DNA of 64,000 bases from NCBI GenBank assembly GCA_907165135.1, contig OU015566.1:4588001-4652000 (forward strand). Direction: 5' to 3'. Position 1 is the stretch's first letter. Every line of letters starts with the position of its first letter. Shown one piece after another: positions 48,396-59,038 of the stretch. The notes under the pieces are model-generated. The model saw nothing but the letters and a program-made list of their open reading frames with translations. It was not told the DNA's origin and searched no databases. The position numbers and the translations under genes are program-made. This stretch comes from Oikopleura dioica (lineage: Eukaryota; Animalia; Chordata).

Positions 48396-49478
48396 ACATA
48401 GTGTACTATCGATCACGATTTCTTCTGGACCGATCCTATGCCTTGAAGGTACCTACCATTGAAAATCTCAACTCACAAATTCCTAGAAACGCTAAGCAAA
48501 CTTCACAAATCGCTCTTCGACTTCTCCGAATCACTTCCTCAGCAAATGAAATACGCCCAGCATTCCGCCGCGATAAAGCCCGCTTTTACCAGACTTATCT
48601 ATCGAGTCTTTTGATTCTCAGCAAAAGTTCATTCAATTCTTCGCTACTGTAAATTGTTGCTTCAGTAAAACAAAAAAGCGAACATAAGAAACATTATCAT
48701 TGATAATAAACTTGACAGATACAACCTCAAAACTTTCTATAGAGTATATTTACACAACTTTATAAATAGAAAGACAAGATCATATCCATTTTGGCAGGTT
48801 TTCATGACTCTTAGATGCCCTAAAACTTTTTCTATTGAAACTTTTAAAACTTGCCCCCCAGTTCTTCGCGTTTTTCTTGGATAGCGTTTTTTTACATCAT
48901 CAAATCAATTTTCAAGGCATCCAAAAAGCCTTTGATGAATCTGCCTCTTTTTCTTCGCTAAATTTCTTTCCTGCGCTTTTAGTTCAATATCAGTCGGAAC
49001 TTGATCCCCCAAGAAGACGGAGATAATTCGCATTCATTAATAAGTGTATTTGAATTGCAGTACAGTGTAATCGCGATTGAATAATTACTTATTCAGCTTC
49101 ATTTGATTTTAAGAAAAATAATGTTCAAAATTGCTCTCTTTTTTTTACTTGCATTTGAATCATTTTCAAAAAGTACTCATCATGTTTTTCCTGCAAGTTA
49201 TAAAAGCCCCACTCACCAAAAGAGGGCGTCTAGAGCAGCTATTTTTAGAGCTTTTATATCCCACCAAGAGGTCACGCTATTTTTAGTAACATTTGGTTCG
49301 ATTTGCCTAGGACTTCGCCCCTTCCTTGGTCTAAATTCTATTCGCAATTAAAGTCGAAAAGAATAATACAAGATCAATTGAAATTTTATTACAGCTTTTT
49401 TGATTTAATAACTATTTGGATTGACAGGAAAGTCTCATTGTTTGGGACGTAGCTCTTCTGCATGCTAAGCGATTTAAA

Positions 49479-50464
49479 TTAACTTGATCGTAGATTTTGT
49501 CTTACTGGAAGCATCTCCTTGTACATTTGATGGATGGTAACTTCAGAAACACCAGTAACGTCACTGATTTCCTTGGCGGTTTTTCTTGTTTTTGATGTCT
49601 GAACCTCAAGAAGTTGTCTCAAATATAACTTTTTACCTGTGAGGCCATGTAAATTGCCGCTGCGGCAAGAGAAATCGGGGATCTACCTTCTGCCAAATCC
49701 AACTCGACGGATCGCTTGGCAATTTTAGTTGAAACAGCCTCGACTTGCTAAACAAGCGAGATATTGAAAAATTGATTGCAAAATATACTTTTGTGAGGTT
49801 GAGCGAAAAGCAAAAACGCATCATGAAGTCTTCTGACGAGATAGTTTTCACAGTTTTTTCGAGAGTTTTGATGATCCACTTGAAGCAGCGACCAATTTCT
49901 TTCTTCGAAACCGTACAAACAGCGCAGATTTCCTTCAGATCAATCAGGTTTCGATTTATTCTGATTATACCTTGAATGTGCGCGGAGCTCCTATTTGTCG
50001 ACAGGCAACATAAAGACAAGCTCCGGCGATAGCTTCGTGTGACTTTTGTCCTGCTTGATCGTAAATTTCCTTGAAATTGACTTTTGCCTGATCCAGAACT
50101 GATCCAGAAATATTCAAACGATGAGCCATAGCCCTTGATATTGTAACTTTTGCTCAAATTATGATTTTGTTGTACTCAATATTTCGATATGCCGCTAGAA
50201 GGGCTCGATCAGTAGCGTTCATGCGAGCTCGGTACTCCTCGTTGACAGTTCTCAGATCAGTCGACAGATATCGGTTTTCAATTTCACCGACTCGGGAAGA
50301 TCTCCATTCACTACTTTCTTGTTTTTTTTTTTCAAATTCTACTCAAACCTTTTCACATCAATCATTCTGTCGCCCACAACGAGTCCGCATTCAGTGCAAA
50401 TTACATCGCCTGCTCGGTAATCGTCAACTAAAGCTGCTCCTGGATGATACGGACATTCAAACAT
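49479..50464 (-). CDS. GTF2B: Transcription initiation factor IIB, intact ORF with in-frame internal deletions, 5 introns
   Basis: Zn ribbon [66 protein letters not shown] and [17 protein letters not shown]. Confidence 0.92.
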
Positions 50465-50598
50465 GCTGAAAAAAGAGGCGACATGATTCAAAAAAATTAG
50501 TTTATTTCATTCATTTTGCAGAGGAAAAGTGGTGCACAGGATAAAAAAAAACATTAATAATGTTACATTATTCTTCTTTGTCTTCGTTGTTGCTCTCT

Positions 50599-51006
50599 TC
50601 AGAAATCGTAGTCGTGTCGAATCTCGCCATTCATCAAGGCCTCTCTGATGAGCTCGTCCCGGGCTTCTGGCCAGTTAAGCGGTCGCTCAATCAGCATGAT
50701 GTCTGGATCGTTGAGGACGATGATCTCCATGTCGTCGTCGCTGGAAGAGATGATGATCACTTCATTGTCATCGCTGATTTCGATAACAGAGGAGTCGCTT
50801 GAGTCGGCGTCGTGATCGTGCTCGGTGTCGTTTTGCTCGGCGTTTTGTGTGTAGTCTTGACAGTCGCAGTCCATGTCATCAGAAGGAGGAGGGGTTGGAT
50901 TGTAGTCTACGGTCTCCAGAGAGACGTCGAGGTCAATGTCGACGAGTGATGGCGATTGAGCCGGGTAGACATACATATCGGAATCGGTTTCCCAGCGATC
51001 AGACAT
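50599..51006 (-). CDS. Acidic protein with tandem SUMO-interacting-motif-like segments
   Basis: Intronless ORF MSDRW.. containing VIEISDD, VIIISSSDDD, EIIVLND and DIMLIE. cag|aATG start context. Confidence 0.7.
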   Translation of the reverse strand: MSDRWETDSDMYVYPAQSPSLVDIDLDVSLETVDYNPTPPPSDDMDCDCQDYTQNAEQNDTEHDHDADSSDSSVIEISDDNEVIIISSSDDDMEIIVLNDPDIMLIERPLNWPEARDELIREALMNGEIRHDYDF

Positions 51007-51094
51007 TCTGGTTTGAAGGTTTTTGTTTTCTTGAAAGTAGAATTTTTTTTTTGACTGAATGACCATTTTTGGGTGTGGTTATATTCAGAAGCTC

Positions 51095-51145
51095 CAGACG
51101 CTTTGGCGCCAATCAGTTGGATCGATCTAAGCTGGCGCCAATGTA
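51095..51145. promoter_or_regulatory. Candidate bidirectional promoter with two TGGCGCCAAT (E2F-like/CCAAT) sites
   Basis: tttggcgccaat at ~51101 and ctggcgccaat at ~51131, between the divergent ORFs starting at 51006(-) and 51347(+). Confidence 0.4.
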
Positions 51146-51346
51146 CAATCGGAAATACTAATCTGATTTTAGTGAAGCGATCAGCGGGGGATTAGACTGC
51201 ATCTGTTCCCAGAATCGGCAGATAGGCCTTAGATTTCCGCCGGATATGTTTGTATAATTGACTTTTCACGGCTTAGCTTCACTCAACCATGGAGAAAATG
51301 GTATATAAGTAGCTCTTAACTCACTAATCTCATCAAATCCAGCAAT

Positions 51347-51622
51347 ATGCCTAAATTCGAAGTTTCTGGCTTTTCTGTCCGAGTTTCCAAAACCTACGGG
51401 TTTTTCGTCACCATCACCGGAACTTGCGCGAATCGAGACGAGCCTATCAAGCTCAAGAAATTCTTCAAGAAAGATGCCTTTGCCGAAGTTCTCCCCGACC
51501 TTGTCGCTGGAGAAATGAACGTGGTCATCATTGGCCGCCGCAACCAGACTGACTTCGAAGCTCGAAACAACATCCAGTACTACGACTTTGTCCTCGAAGA
51601 CATGGACTGGACCGACATGTAA
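51347..51622 (+). CDS. 91-aa beta-rich protein (possible OB-fold ssDNA-binding protein)
   Basis: Clean ORF with strong codon bias, alternating hydrophobic beta-like segments and an acidic C-terminal tip. The fold is a guess. Confidence 0.55.
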   Translation: MPKFEVSGFSVRVSKTYGFFVTITGTCANRDEPIKLKKFFKKDAFAEVLPDLVAGEMNVVIIGRRNQTDFEARNNIQYYDFVLEDMDWTDM

Positions 51623-51719
51623 CTCACAATTCTCTGCGAAACCTCCCTCTCTCTTGTCACGTGGTGTTTTTTCTTGCGCTTTTTTTTTGTGTGCTTTTAT
51701 TTCCAGAAATAAACTTTTC

Positions 51720-52265
51720 TCATTGTAATTTTTCAATGTATATGTTGCAGGTCAATAATTTTCGCAGTTGATAGCCAGATTCATTATAATGACTTTGATT
51801 GCAGTGAGATCTTGAAACAAGATCAGGAATTTCTGACATAGGAGGAAGTTCGTTGACGAATTTTTCAAAAGAGATATCATCTTTGATCAGATTGATGTCC
51901 ATCGGTAGACTAGTGCTGCGCTGCGCCCAAGAGTACCGAAATCTCGCCGATTCATCGGCAGCATCTGGTTTTTCAAGAAGAAAGGAAAAGTCTATCAGAA
52001 GACGAAATGGTGGGGCCAAAAACTCGATTAGTTCCATCAGGATTTCTTTCATGTCGAAATTAGAATCAACAAGGAAAATCAGTATTGCATTTTCCACAAT
52101 TCTGTTTGGTTTCGGCGGGTTGATAATGAGATAATTTCTCAGCTGCCGCAAATTTCCGATCTCTTCGAAAAAATCTAACTCGTCACGCTCAAGTTCGAGT
52201 TCTTGACTTCCAAAAAGAGAAGGCATTTTTTGCAACTCATTTCTCTCGGAAAAATTGAAAGGCAT
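51720..52265 (-). CDS. Orphan ORF immediately downstream of PolB, possibly related to Polinton PolB N-terminal domains
   Basis: Open 181-aa ORF. IDFSFLL..FRY.. and ESGYQLRKLLTCNIYIEK recall the E-x-SGW..I.I.KY motif of Polinton PolB N-termini. Confidence 0.5.
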   Translation of the reverse strand: MPFNFSERNELQKMPSLFGSQELELERDELDFFEEIGNLRQLRNYLIINPPKPNRIVENAILIFLVDSNFDMKEILMELIEFLAPPFRLLIDFSFLLEKPDAADESARFRYSWAQRSTSLPMDINLIKDDISFEKFVNELPPMSEIPDLVSRSHCNQSHYNESGYQLRKLLTCNIYIEKLQ

Positions 52266-52324
52266 TATATTTCAATTGAAAGATTTGAGCAGTTTTAAAG
52301 GAAATTCATCACGCATGAGTAATT

Positions 52325-55300
52325 TTAGAGAAGTTTACCGTCCTTTGAAAGTGGAGTGCACGTTATCTTATCGTTATTTACATACAGTTTAAAAAATACA
52401 TCGCTAAGAAGTCTTTTTGATGTAGAAGTTCGGCAAACTAAGCCGTTTGAAGGTTGACGCCGCAGAGCGGTCAGCTGGAACTTGTTTTCTTCAAGATTTA
52501 CTCCCTTGAGGCAATTCAGCATCGCTTCGAATTCGATTTCAACATTGTGTGGGATACCTTTTGATGATCGTTTGTTCACATCTTTTTCAGGATCAATTCC
52601 AAGATATAATTTATTTCCCAAAGCAATAAGAGCGCCGGATTCTGTTGACCATTCCGCTGAAATGATTTAATCTCTCTTAGTTATTTCGAAAACGCTCACT
52701 TTTCATAAGACCTGGAGTCTTGTCATTTCGCGTTGTATCTTCAATAACAAACCAATCTTGCCATTCCCGGAGAAACGCTTTTCGGAGATGCGGTTTGACA
52801 ATCGGCAGAAAGGTCGATGCAGTCTTTGATTTTCGAGTCTCTCCGGATGGAGCAGTCTTTGTCGTTGCTATCAAAATTTTAAGGGGATAAAAGCAAAGTT
52901 ATCTTACATATAGCGAGACTATCAGTATCGCAGTAGTTGAGCTTGAAACTGCCTTTTTCGAGATATTTGTGGAGGAAATCGTAAACGAATCTTAAAAAGA
53001 GCAATTTCGATTGCTGCAAAATGGCAACAGCCAGCACGACAGGCTTGTCGTCAAGAATCTTCGCTTTCTCCATCGTCACTTGAGAAAGCTCGTAATCTCC
53101 ATCTTCTCGGGTGAGCGGCTCCGAAAATTTGTAGTGCGGTTTCTGAGCTGCGCGCGCGACTTGATCCTCGTTGCAAAAATTAACTCGCGGACGATCCACA
53201 ATTTCCCCCATCTTTCCATACCCGCTTATTTGAACATAATTAACTACAATTTGAAGACGGCTTACCAATTCCCAACCGTTTTAAAAGCATTAGCAAGAGC
53301 GGCTTTCTTCTTCAGAATTGATTGTATGCGTCCCTCTGTGATCGACTCGCAAAATTCTCCAAGGCATTTGTCCGATCTATACTGTACAAATCGAGACACG
53401 TTCGAGATTTTTAGACCAAGAGACATGTAGAACTTGGCGAGCTTTGTTAAAATCAGCAGCTGCTTCCCATTGAAAGTCTGGACGACTGTCTCTTGTTCGA
53501 TCTTTCGATCTGCCATCTTTGCTCTTTCTTTCATGTAGGGCGAAACCAAATCTTCAGTTATTTTCATCCTTTGGATCACTGGCGGGAAATTCATGTGCTT
53601 GATTTCCGATGCGATGTCTTCAGGTGTATTTACATCGGCAACAATGAATCCAAAAACTTGATCATTTTTGATTTCATCAAGAAGATCACCCTCTGTATGT
53701 TGCTGGTACATTTTTCCCCAATGGCGAGAGCGCATCCGGATGTTCTGCTGTTTTTTACGTTTCCAAACGCATTCATGGATGAAAACAAGCGTGCCGCGTT
53801 CCATCAAGACATTTTTCTTTCGTTCCCAATTCTCATCAGCTTCTCCAGGCTTGCAATAAGGACAGCAAGAATGAAAAAAACAACCAAGAAACTCAAAAAA
53901 GTATTTCTTCTCGTCAACACAAGCGTATCCATCTATTGTCCAGTCAAACACTTGGAACTCACCGCGATAATATTGATGTTGAAGAGGAACACGTTCGCCA
54001 TTCTTCGAAACAAGTAGATCACTGTATTCATCAATATACGTAAGCCATTCCAAAGCCACCAGGCTGTTTCCTTTGGCCATAATTTGCTTACGGAAACTAT
54101 CACCTTCGCGAATCCAGCGTATTCCTTAATTTAAATTCTAAACCGTCGAACAATGATGATTACCTGGAGTTGTTGGCATTTCTTGATTTTGAGCATAAAG
54201 ATAGAGCGCATTGAAATCAAGAAATGTTATCTTTGTGAATCTGTCCCCGTTGGGCGCGTACTTTGCATTTTTCGGAGCAGGAACATCATCTCGTAGTTCA
54301 GTATATCGCGAGAAAACATTGACAAGGCCGCCGATAATGTTGCTGCGAAACAGTTCGTGTTCTTCAGTGCTCGTTATGCCGAAGGAGTCTTTATATATCT
54401 TAAGTCAAAATAAAAAATCAACTACTTACATGAAAACGGAGCTGTCTTTGAGTAGTAATTGAATAAGCAAATCATCGCATATTTCGGAAGGCTAAAGCAT
54501 AAAGACGGGTCGACTTTGAAAGCTTTAAAAAAGACTTTGAATTGAGATTCAATCGCTCTGGCAAATGGATTGACGTCAAGCATGTTGTAGTTCTGGAGCC
54601 AGTCGACCATGGAAGTTTGAGGGTTGTTTCTTTTCATTTCTTCAAATTTTCCTTTTTCTTCCAAGTAAAGATCGTGATCAATATTAACGTTCTTTAAATG
54701 AGAAAAGAAGCAGTCATAGTCGGGAAATTCGTGGCAGGTTTCAATCTCCGAAATTGAGTGAAACAGCTCGTACGGCCAGATTGACTTTGTTTCGCCGATT
54801 CCTGCTTGTTCCAGGTACTTTGCAAGTCCGATCGGCGAACCAAACAGCATGGCGTCTTTGAAAGCAAATTTATCCGTCGAAATCGAAAAGAAAGACGAGC
54901 CCTTTTTGATAACATTGAATGATTTTGAGTATCTTTTCTGCAAAAGAGGTATCAAATAAGGAGCCAAGACATTGCAGTCGAATTTGGCGGAGTTAAAGCC
55001 GTAAATATCCATGGAACAGTAACGCTTTAGTTCGTTAAGCAGAGACTGCAGCTTCATCTTTTCTTTTAGATTTTCTTCTTGAAATAAGGTTTTAGTCTGT
55101 AAAAAAAAATGTTTCTTACCGCTGTTGGTGAGTCCGTAAAGTTTTTCAAGAGCAACTGAAAATGCGGGTGGAAGAGACATTTCTGGCGACATGGTCAACC
55201 CTTCAATTGTAAGAACAAACTCTTCTACCATGTTCTCGGCATGAATTGATGAGTCTCCTTTACGCATGATGAACTTGTCGAAGCCAAAATTTGATCCGAT

Positions 55301-56355
55301 TCCAATCGACAAAAGTTTCAAAGATGAATGAATTTCAGTTTCTTGACGTTTATCTCCGAGTGGGCTCTCATAAGTTTCAATATCAAAAGTAACTTAACAT
55401 TATTATTTCAACTTATTCAGGCACGGCTTACCAAATTTCGTCTTTCGAAAAGACTTGTATTTTTCTTCGAGGAGTCCCAATTTTACTAGCTCGCTGATCG
55501 GATTGATATTCTTTCCATATGCTTTGAGAGTCGGTTCAATTTCTCGATTGGCTCTTTTCCTGCAGATAGCTTCATGTGCATCGCGAGTGTCAGCTTTTAC
55601 GAAAGTCATATTGCAGTTTGTATTGCTACATCGGTAGATATTTGACTTGAACGCTATAAATATGTCAGGAAAAGTCTCAAAGAAATTTTAAAAAAACCAT
55701 TTGTGTTGTAGACAACAAAGATTCGCGAGGGCTCATCTTTTTTCACAAACAAGTAAAGCGGTTCCTCGACCTTGGGATTCTTGACCCGAAATCGTCCTAT
55801 TCTTTGAAAGGCGACTCGCTTCTTCAATTGAAATTGATTCGAGTTTGTGTAGAGAATGATTTCACGCCTGATTTCTTTAGCAATGGTAAAGTAATTATCG
55901 GGAGAAAAAGGTCCATGATAATTGAAGAATTTGAGATCCGGCATTTCAATAGCAAAATCTGCTATTCGTTCAAATCGTTTTTCCATCATCTGTAATGATT
56001 TGACCAGCATAAAGTACGGAATCGGGTGGAATAAAACTTTTCCATTTGAGACAATCTCGTAATAGCAAGTCTTTGGTGACCAGAATGCCTCAAGCGTGAA
56101 TTGGTATTTCCCAGTTTTGTTTTTATCGTAAGCTTTTTCTATTTGAATAAATTTGAGGGTATAATGCTCTTCGAATTCTTGTTTTGTTGACAATGGACAG
56201 TCCCTGGAGAGATTACGAACGTAGTTTACAAAACCGGCGCTTGTAAGTAATCCATCGCTGTCAAAAAATATCTGGTAAGGTGTCTCTGAGCGTAAGAGTT
56301 CCCCAATTATCAAAAAAGGGGAAACATTCTCTACTGTTACATTGAATTTTCTCAT
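52325..56355 (-). CDS. polB: Protein-primed family B DNA polymerase, 8 exons
   Basis: Zn-finger-like CSNTNC..HEAIC, ExoI VTFDIET, ExoII GFNSAKFD, RSNIIGG..VFSRY, motif A DFNALY, motif B KTVGNCGYGK, motif C YCDTDS and KTPGLMK.E. Introns at 55654-55697, 55393-55431, 54389-54429, 54125-54163, 53225-53265, 52868-52907 and 52657-52699. Confidence 0.95.
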
Positions 56356-56566
56356 GAGAGTCTGAGCTTGAGAGATGCTTTTATTGCTAGGAAATAAGGT
56401 CAATTGTATCACCAGTGTTTATTGATAAAAGATTGGGAGCAGTCAAACAATAGGAAAAAGGTCAAAAGTGGCAGAAAAGAAAAGAAATCGCAAGAAAAGG
56501 AGTAACAAAAAAGGAGTGAGAATAAGAAGGAATGACAGAAAAAAGTGTTTCGTGGAGAAGAGTTTA

Positions 56567-57326
56567 TCATTGTTTCTTTGCTGGTGTTTCTAAATATCAT
56601 CAGTGTTTGAAAATAAAGAAAACGCTTACTTGGAAAGAGTCGTCGAGGCTTCATTCGTCTTGGAACAGGATTCTTTCGTTTGATTTTCCTTGCAGACTCG
56701 ATAGGGTGCATTGTGTGAGCTGTCTCCACCATTTGTTCGAGAACAACGTAGTCAGAATTGGATGGTTCAGTGGATCCTTCGAAGAAGACCTCGAGGTCAT
56801 CATCGCTCGGTATGTTGATGGCAATTGATGAGTTCGATGTTGCGTGAAGCCGTTCAAATCTAGGAACGACCATTTCCACTTCAGTTTGAGTTGATGCGTC
56901 TCGCATAATAGGCTCGTCCTCGTTGTCATCGTTACATTGCTCGCATTGACAGTCGTCTTCAGACATGGCAGAGCTGGAGTCGTCGGAGCTGTATTGCTCG
57001 GCGCTGTCTGCTACGATTTGCCCTGGTAATGGAGCCCATTCTGGATCAGCGGTCATGTCGGAGTCCGAAGAGTGGAGGGAGACGCTTTCATCATCATTAT
57101 CAGCAAGGATCATGTTCTCAATGAGTTGAACTCCATCATTATCGAAGTCGAGATTGTCTGCAAGCTCTCCTAAATGAAACTATAGAAAAGGTTTGAAATT
57201 ATCTAACTCACTTGTTAGTTTGTTGAAGTCATCAGCGTATTCAACTGGAACATGATCGGCTTCCTCAGCGTACTCGAGTGCTATTTCATACAATCGGAGA
57301 TTGTAAATTTTAGAAGTAGCAACCAT
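56567..57326 (-). CDS. Acidic disordered protein ending in an NLS-like basic stretch, RRLF and TPAK
   Basis: Two GT-AG introns join MVATSK.. / RELADN..MILAD.. / KTPAKKQ*. Contains CQCEQC and RDASTQTE. Confidence 0.6.
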
Positions 57327-57459
57327 TTTATCGGCTATTTTTTTTAGATTGTTCATTTCAACTGATGACCTGCTTTTGAAATTTGCGGTTAAATACGAGA
57401 GTTTATGGTTCAGTTGAATCGCAATTTATTCGGGAAAACAAGATTACAGGTCACGGTTA

Positions 57460-57622
57460 AAACGGAAGAATGGCAGCAGTCTGAGATCAAAGAAACAGTG
57501 TAAAAGGCACGGTGCGTTGGCGAAGCAAGAAGAAAAAAAACGGAAGAATGGCAGGAGTCTGAGATCAAAGAAACAGTGTAAATGGCACGGAGCGTTGGCG
57601 AAGCGTGAAGAAAAAAAAACGG
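57460..57622. repeat. Two tandem ~80-nt copies
   Basis: cggaagaatggcag.agtctgagatcaaagaaacagtgtaaa.ggcacgg.gcgttggcgaagc occurs twice. Confidence 0.85.
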
Positions 57623-57717
57623 CGGATGATTTTTGGCGGAAGTGTTGTATTTACATCGGATTGTCTTGAGGAAGCGGAGGTCTGAACATGTGTAAAATGT
57701 AGTAATCCGATTATTAC

Positions 57718-58033
57718 CTATTCGGATTTGAAACGTTGTGGGCTCTTGCGGGCGCGGAGAGATCGTCTCGGAAGTGCCTGAAAAAGGATTATTAGGATTA
57801 TAAAGTTTGAGCAATTACCTGTTGTCTAGCCGGGGCGCGTTGTCTAGCCGGGACGCGTTGAGGAGTCGGGGCGCGTTGAGGAGCCGGTTCTCGTGCGAGT
57901 CGCGGGATTCTTCGTCGTGGCTGTCGAATTGGCTAAATAATAAAGAAGATAAAGACTAAGGATCATTCTTAACCTCTGGTAGCGGATGACGTGGCCACCA
58001 TCGTGGAAGCTGAATATTCAGGTTGTTGTTCAT
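57718..58033 (-). CDS. ~77-aa Arg/Pro-rich basic protein with a 6-aa repeat
   Basis: Three exons in phase 0: MNNNLNIQLPRWWPRHPLPE / PIRQPRRRIPRLARE(PAPQRA-like x4) / ALPRRSLRARKSPQRFKSE*. Confidence 0.55.
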
Positions 58034-58091
58034 GAAGTCTGCGAAGCCTCTCGGGTTGACTTGAAAGTTATTAATAAATATTTGAAAAAAC

Positions 58092-58317
58092 TCAATTACG
58101 TAGGACAATCTTCAGGCAATACAGCAGCCAAGCCACCAGGAGGACCAGAAGAGTAATGCGCCAATCATAAACCTCAATTTGGCCAGAAAAGAGGTCTGAA
58201 AGAGACTTTAAAGAAAAAACATGGAGGATGTGGGTTACTTATGATTGACGAAAGCCCAGGTCTTGGGGTGGTTGGCGGGCGTGTTGGATCGTTGGGGCCA
58301 GTTGGAAAGGCAACCAT
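58092..58317 (-). CDS. ~60-aa single-TM protein
   Basis: One intron joins MVAFPTGPNDPTRPPTTP.. to ..WRITLLVLLVAWLLYCLKIVLRN*. Confidence 0.5.
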
Positions 58318-58487
58318 CTCTAAACTGAAAATGGTAAGTAAAAATATTTTTTTTTTTTGGACAGTCATAAATGGCTCAAATTGATCAATTGATCAAGATG
58401 GGCCGCTTACCACCGTCCGGCACTTTTTTTTATACGAAAACAAGAAAAAAGATCAGGCCTAAAATTTACAGAACTAAAACGGGCAAT

Positions 58488-58748
58488 TTATAAAAGAGGA
58501 GCTGGCGGGTGAAGGAATCGATGGTGAACGCGGAGAAAATCACGGCGCAGCAGTCGAAGAATGTGAGTGATGATGGATGTTAGGACGAAAATCGTCATCA
58601 TGAGGGCGGTGATCGTGGCAAGGAACCAAATGTCCGGTTTAAGTAAAACCTTCCTCTCGTCGAGGAGGATTTCTACCAAAACTTTTTGGAAATTCGGATC
58701 CGAGTCAAAATCCGATGGCAACGCATCGTCGCGTATGCAACTCGCCAT
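58488..58748 (-). CDS. 86-aa single-TM protein
   Basis: IWFLATITALMMTIFVLTSIITHIL followed by a basic stretch. tag|aATG start context. Confidence 0.55.
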   Translation of the reverse strand: MASCIRDDALPSDFDSDPNFQKVLVEILLDERKVLLKPDIWFLATITALMMTIFVLTSIITHILRLLRRDFLRVHHRFLHPPAPLL

Positions 58749-59038
58749 TCTAAATATGTAAAATGATTAATTCTTTCCCTTTGACTTTCTTCTAATTTCG
58801 TTAACGTTCGTCAGTAGTACAAAAAACAATCGTCATTCTTATACAGTCTACATTCTTATACAGTCGACATTCAATTTACCCCGCCAAGTTCACCGCTTAT
58901 AGAGCTATGCAATATAAATGGTCAAAATGACGGGGGAAACAAACTTCCTAAAGGCGGGCTTCTTCTCGGTTGGTAGGAGTGGCGGTCGGCTGCTGCTCAG
59001 CGGCTAAAATAACACTAAGTTGCCATATAAATTGAACT

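Noticed and set aside
48420-49400. Possible further spliced gene(s) on minus downstream of TFIIB
   Set aside because: Splice-like signals exist, but no start codon or continuous recognisable frame could be assembled.
41330-50500. Left terminal inverted repeat of the Polinton
   Set aside because: No AG-rich Polinton-type terminus was recognised, and the partner end is outside the window, so no boundary can be asserted.
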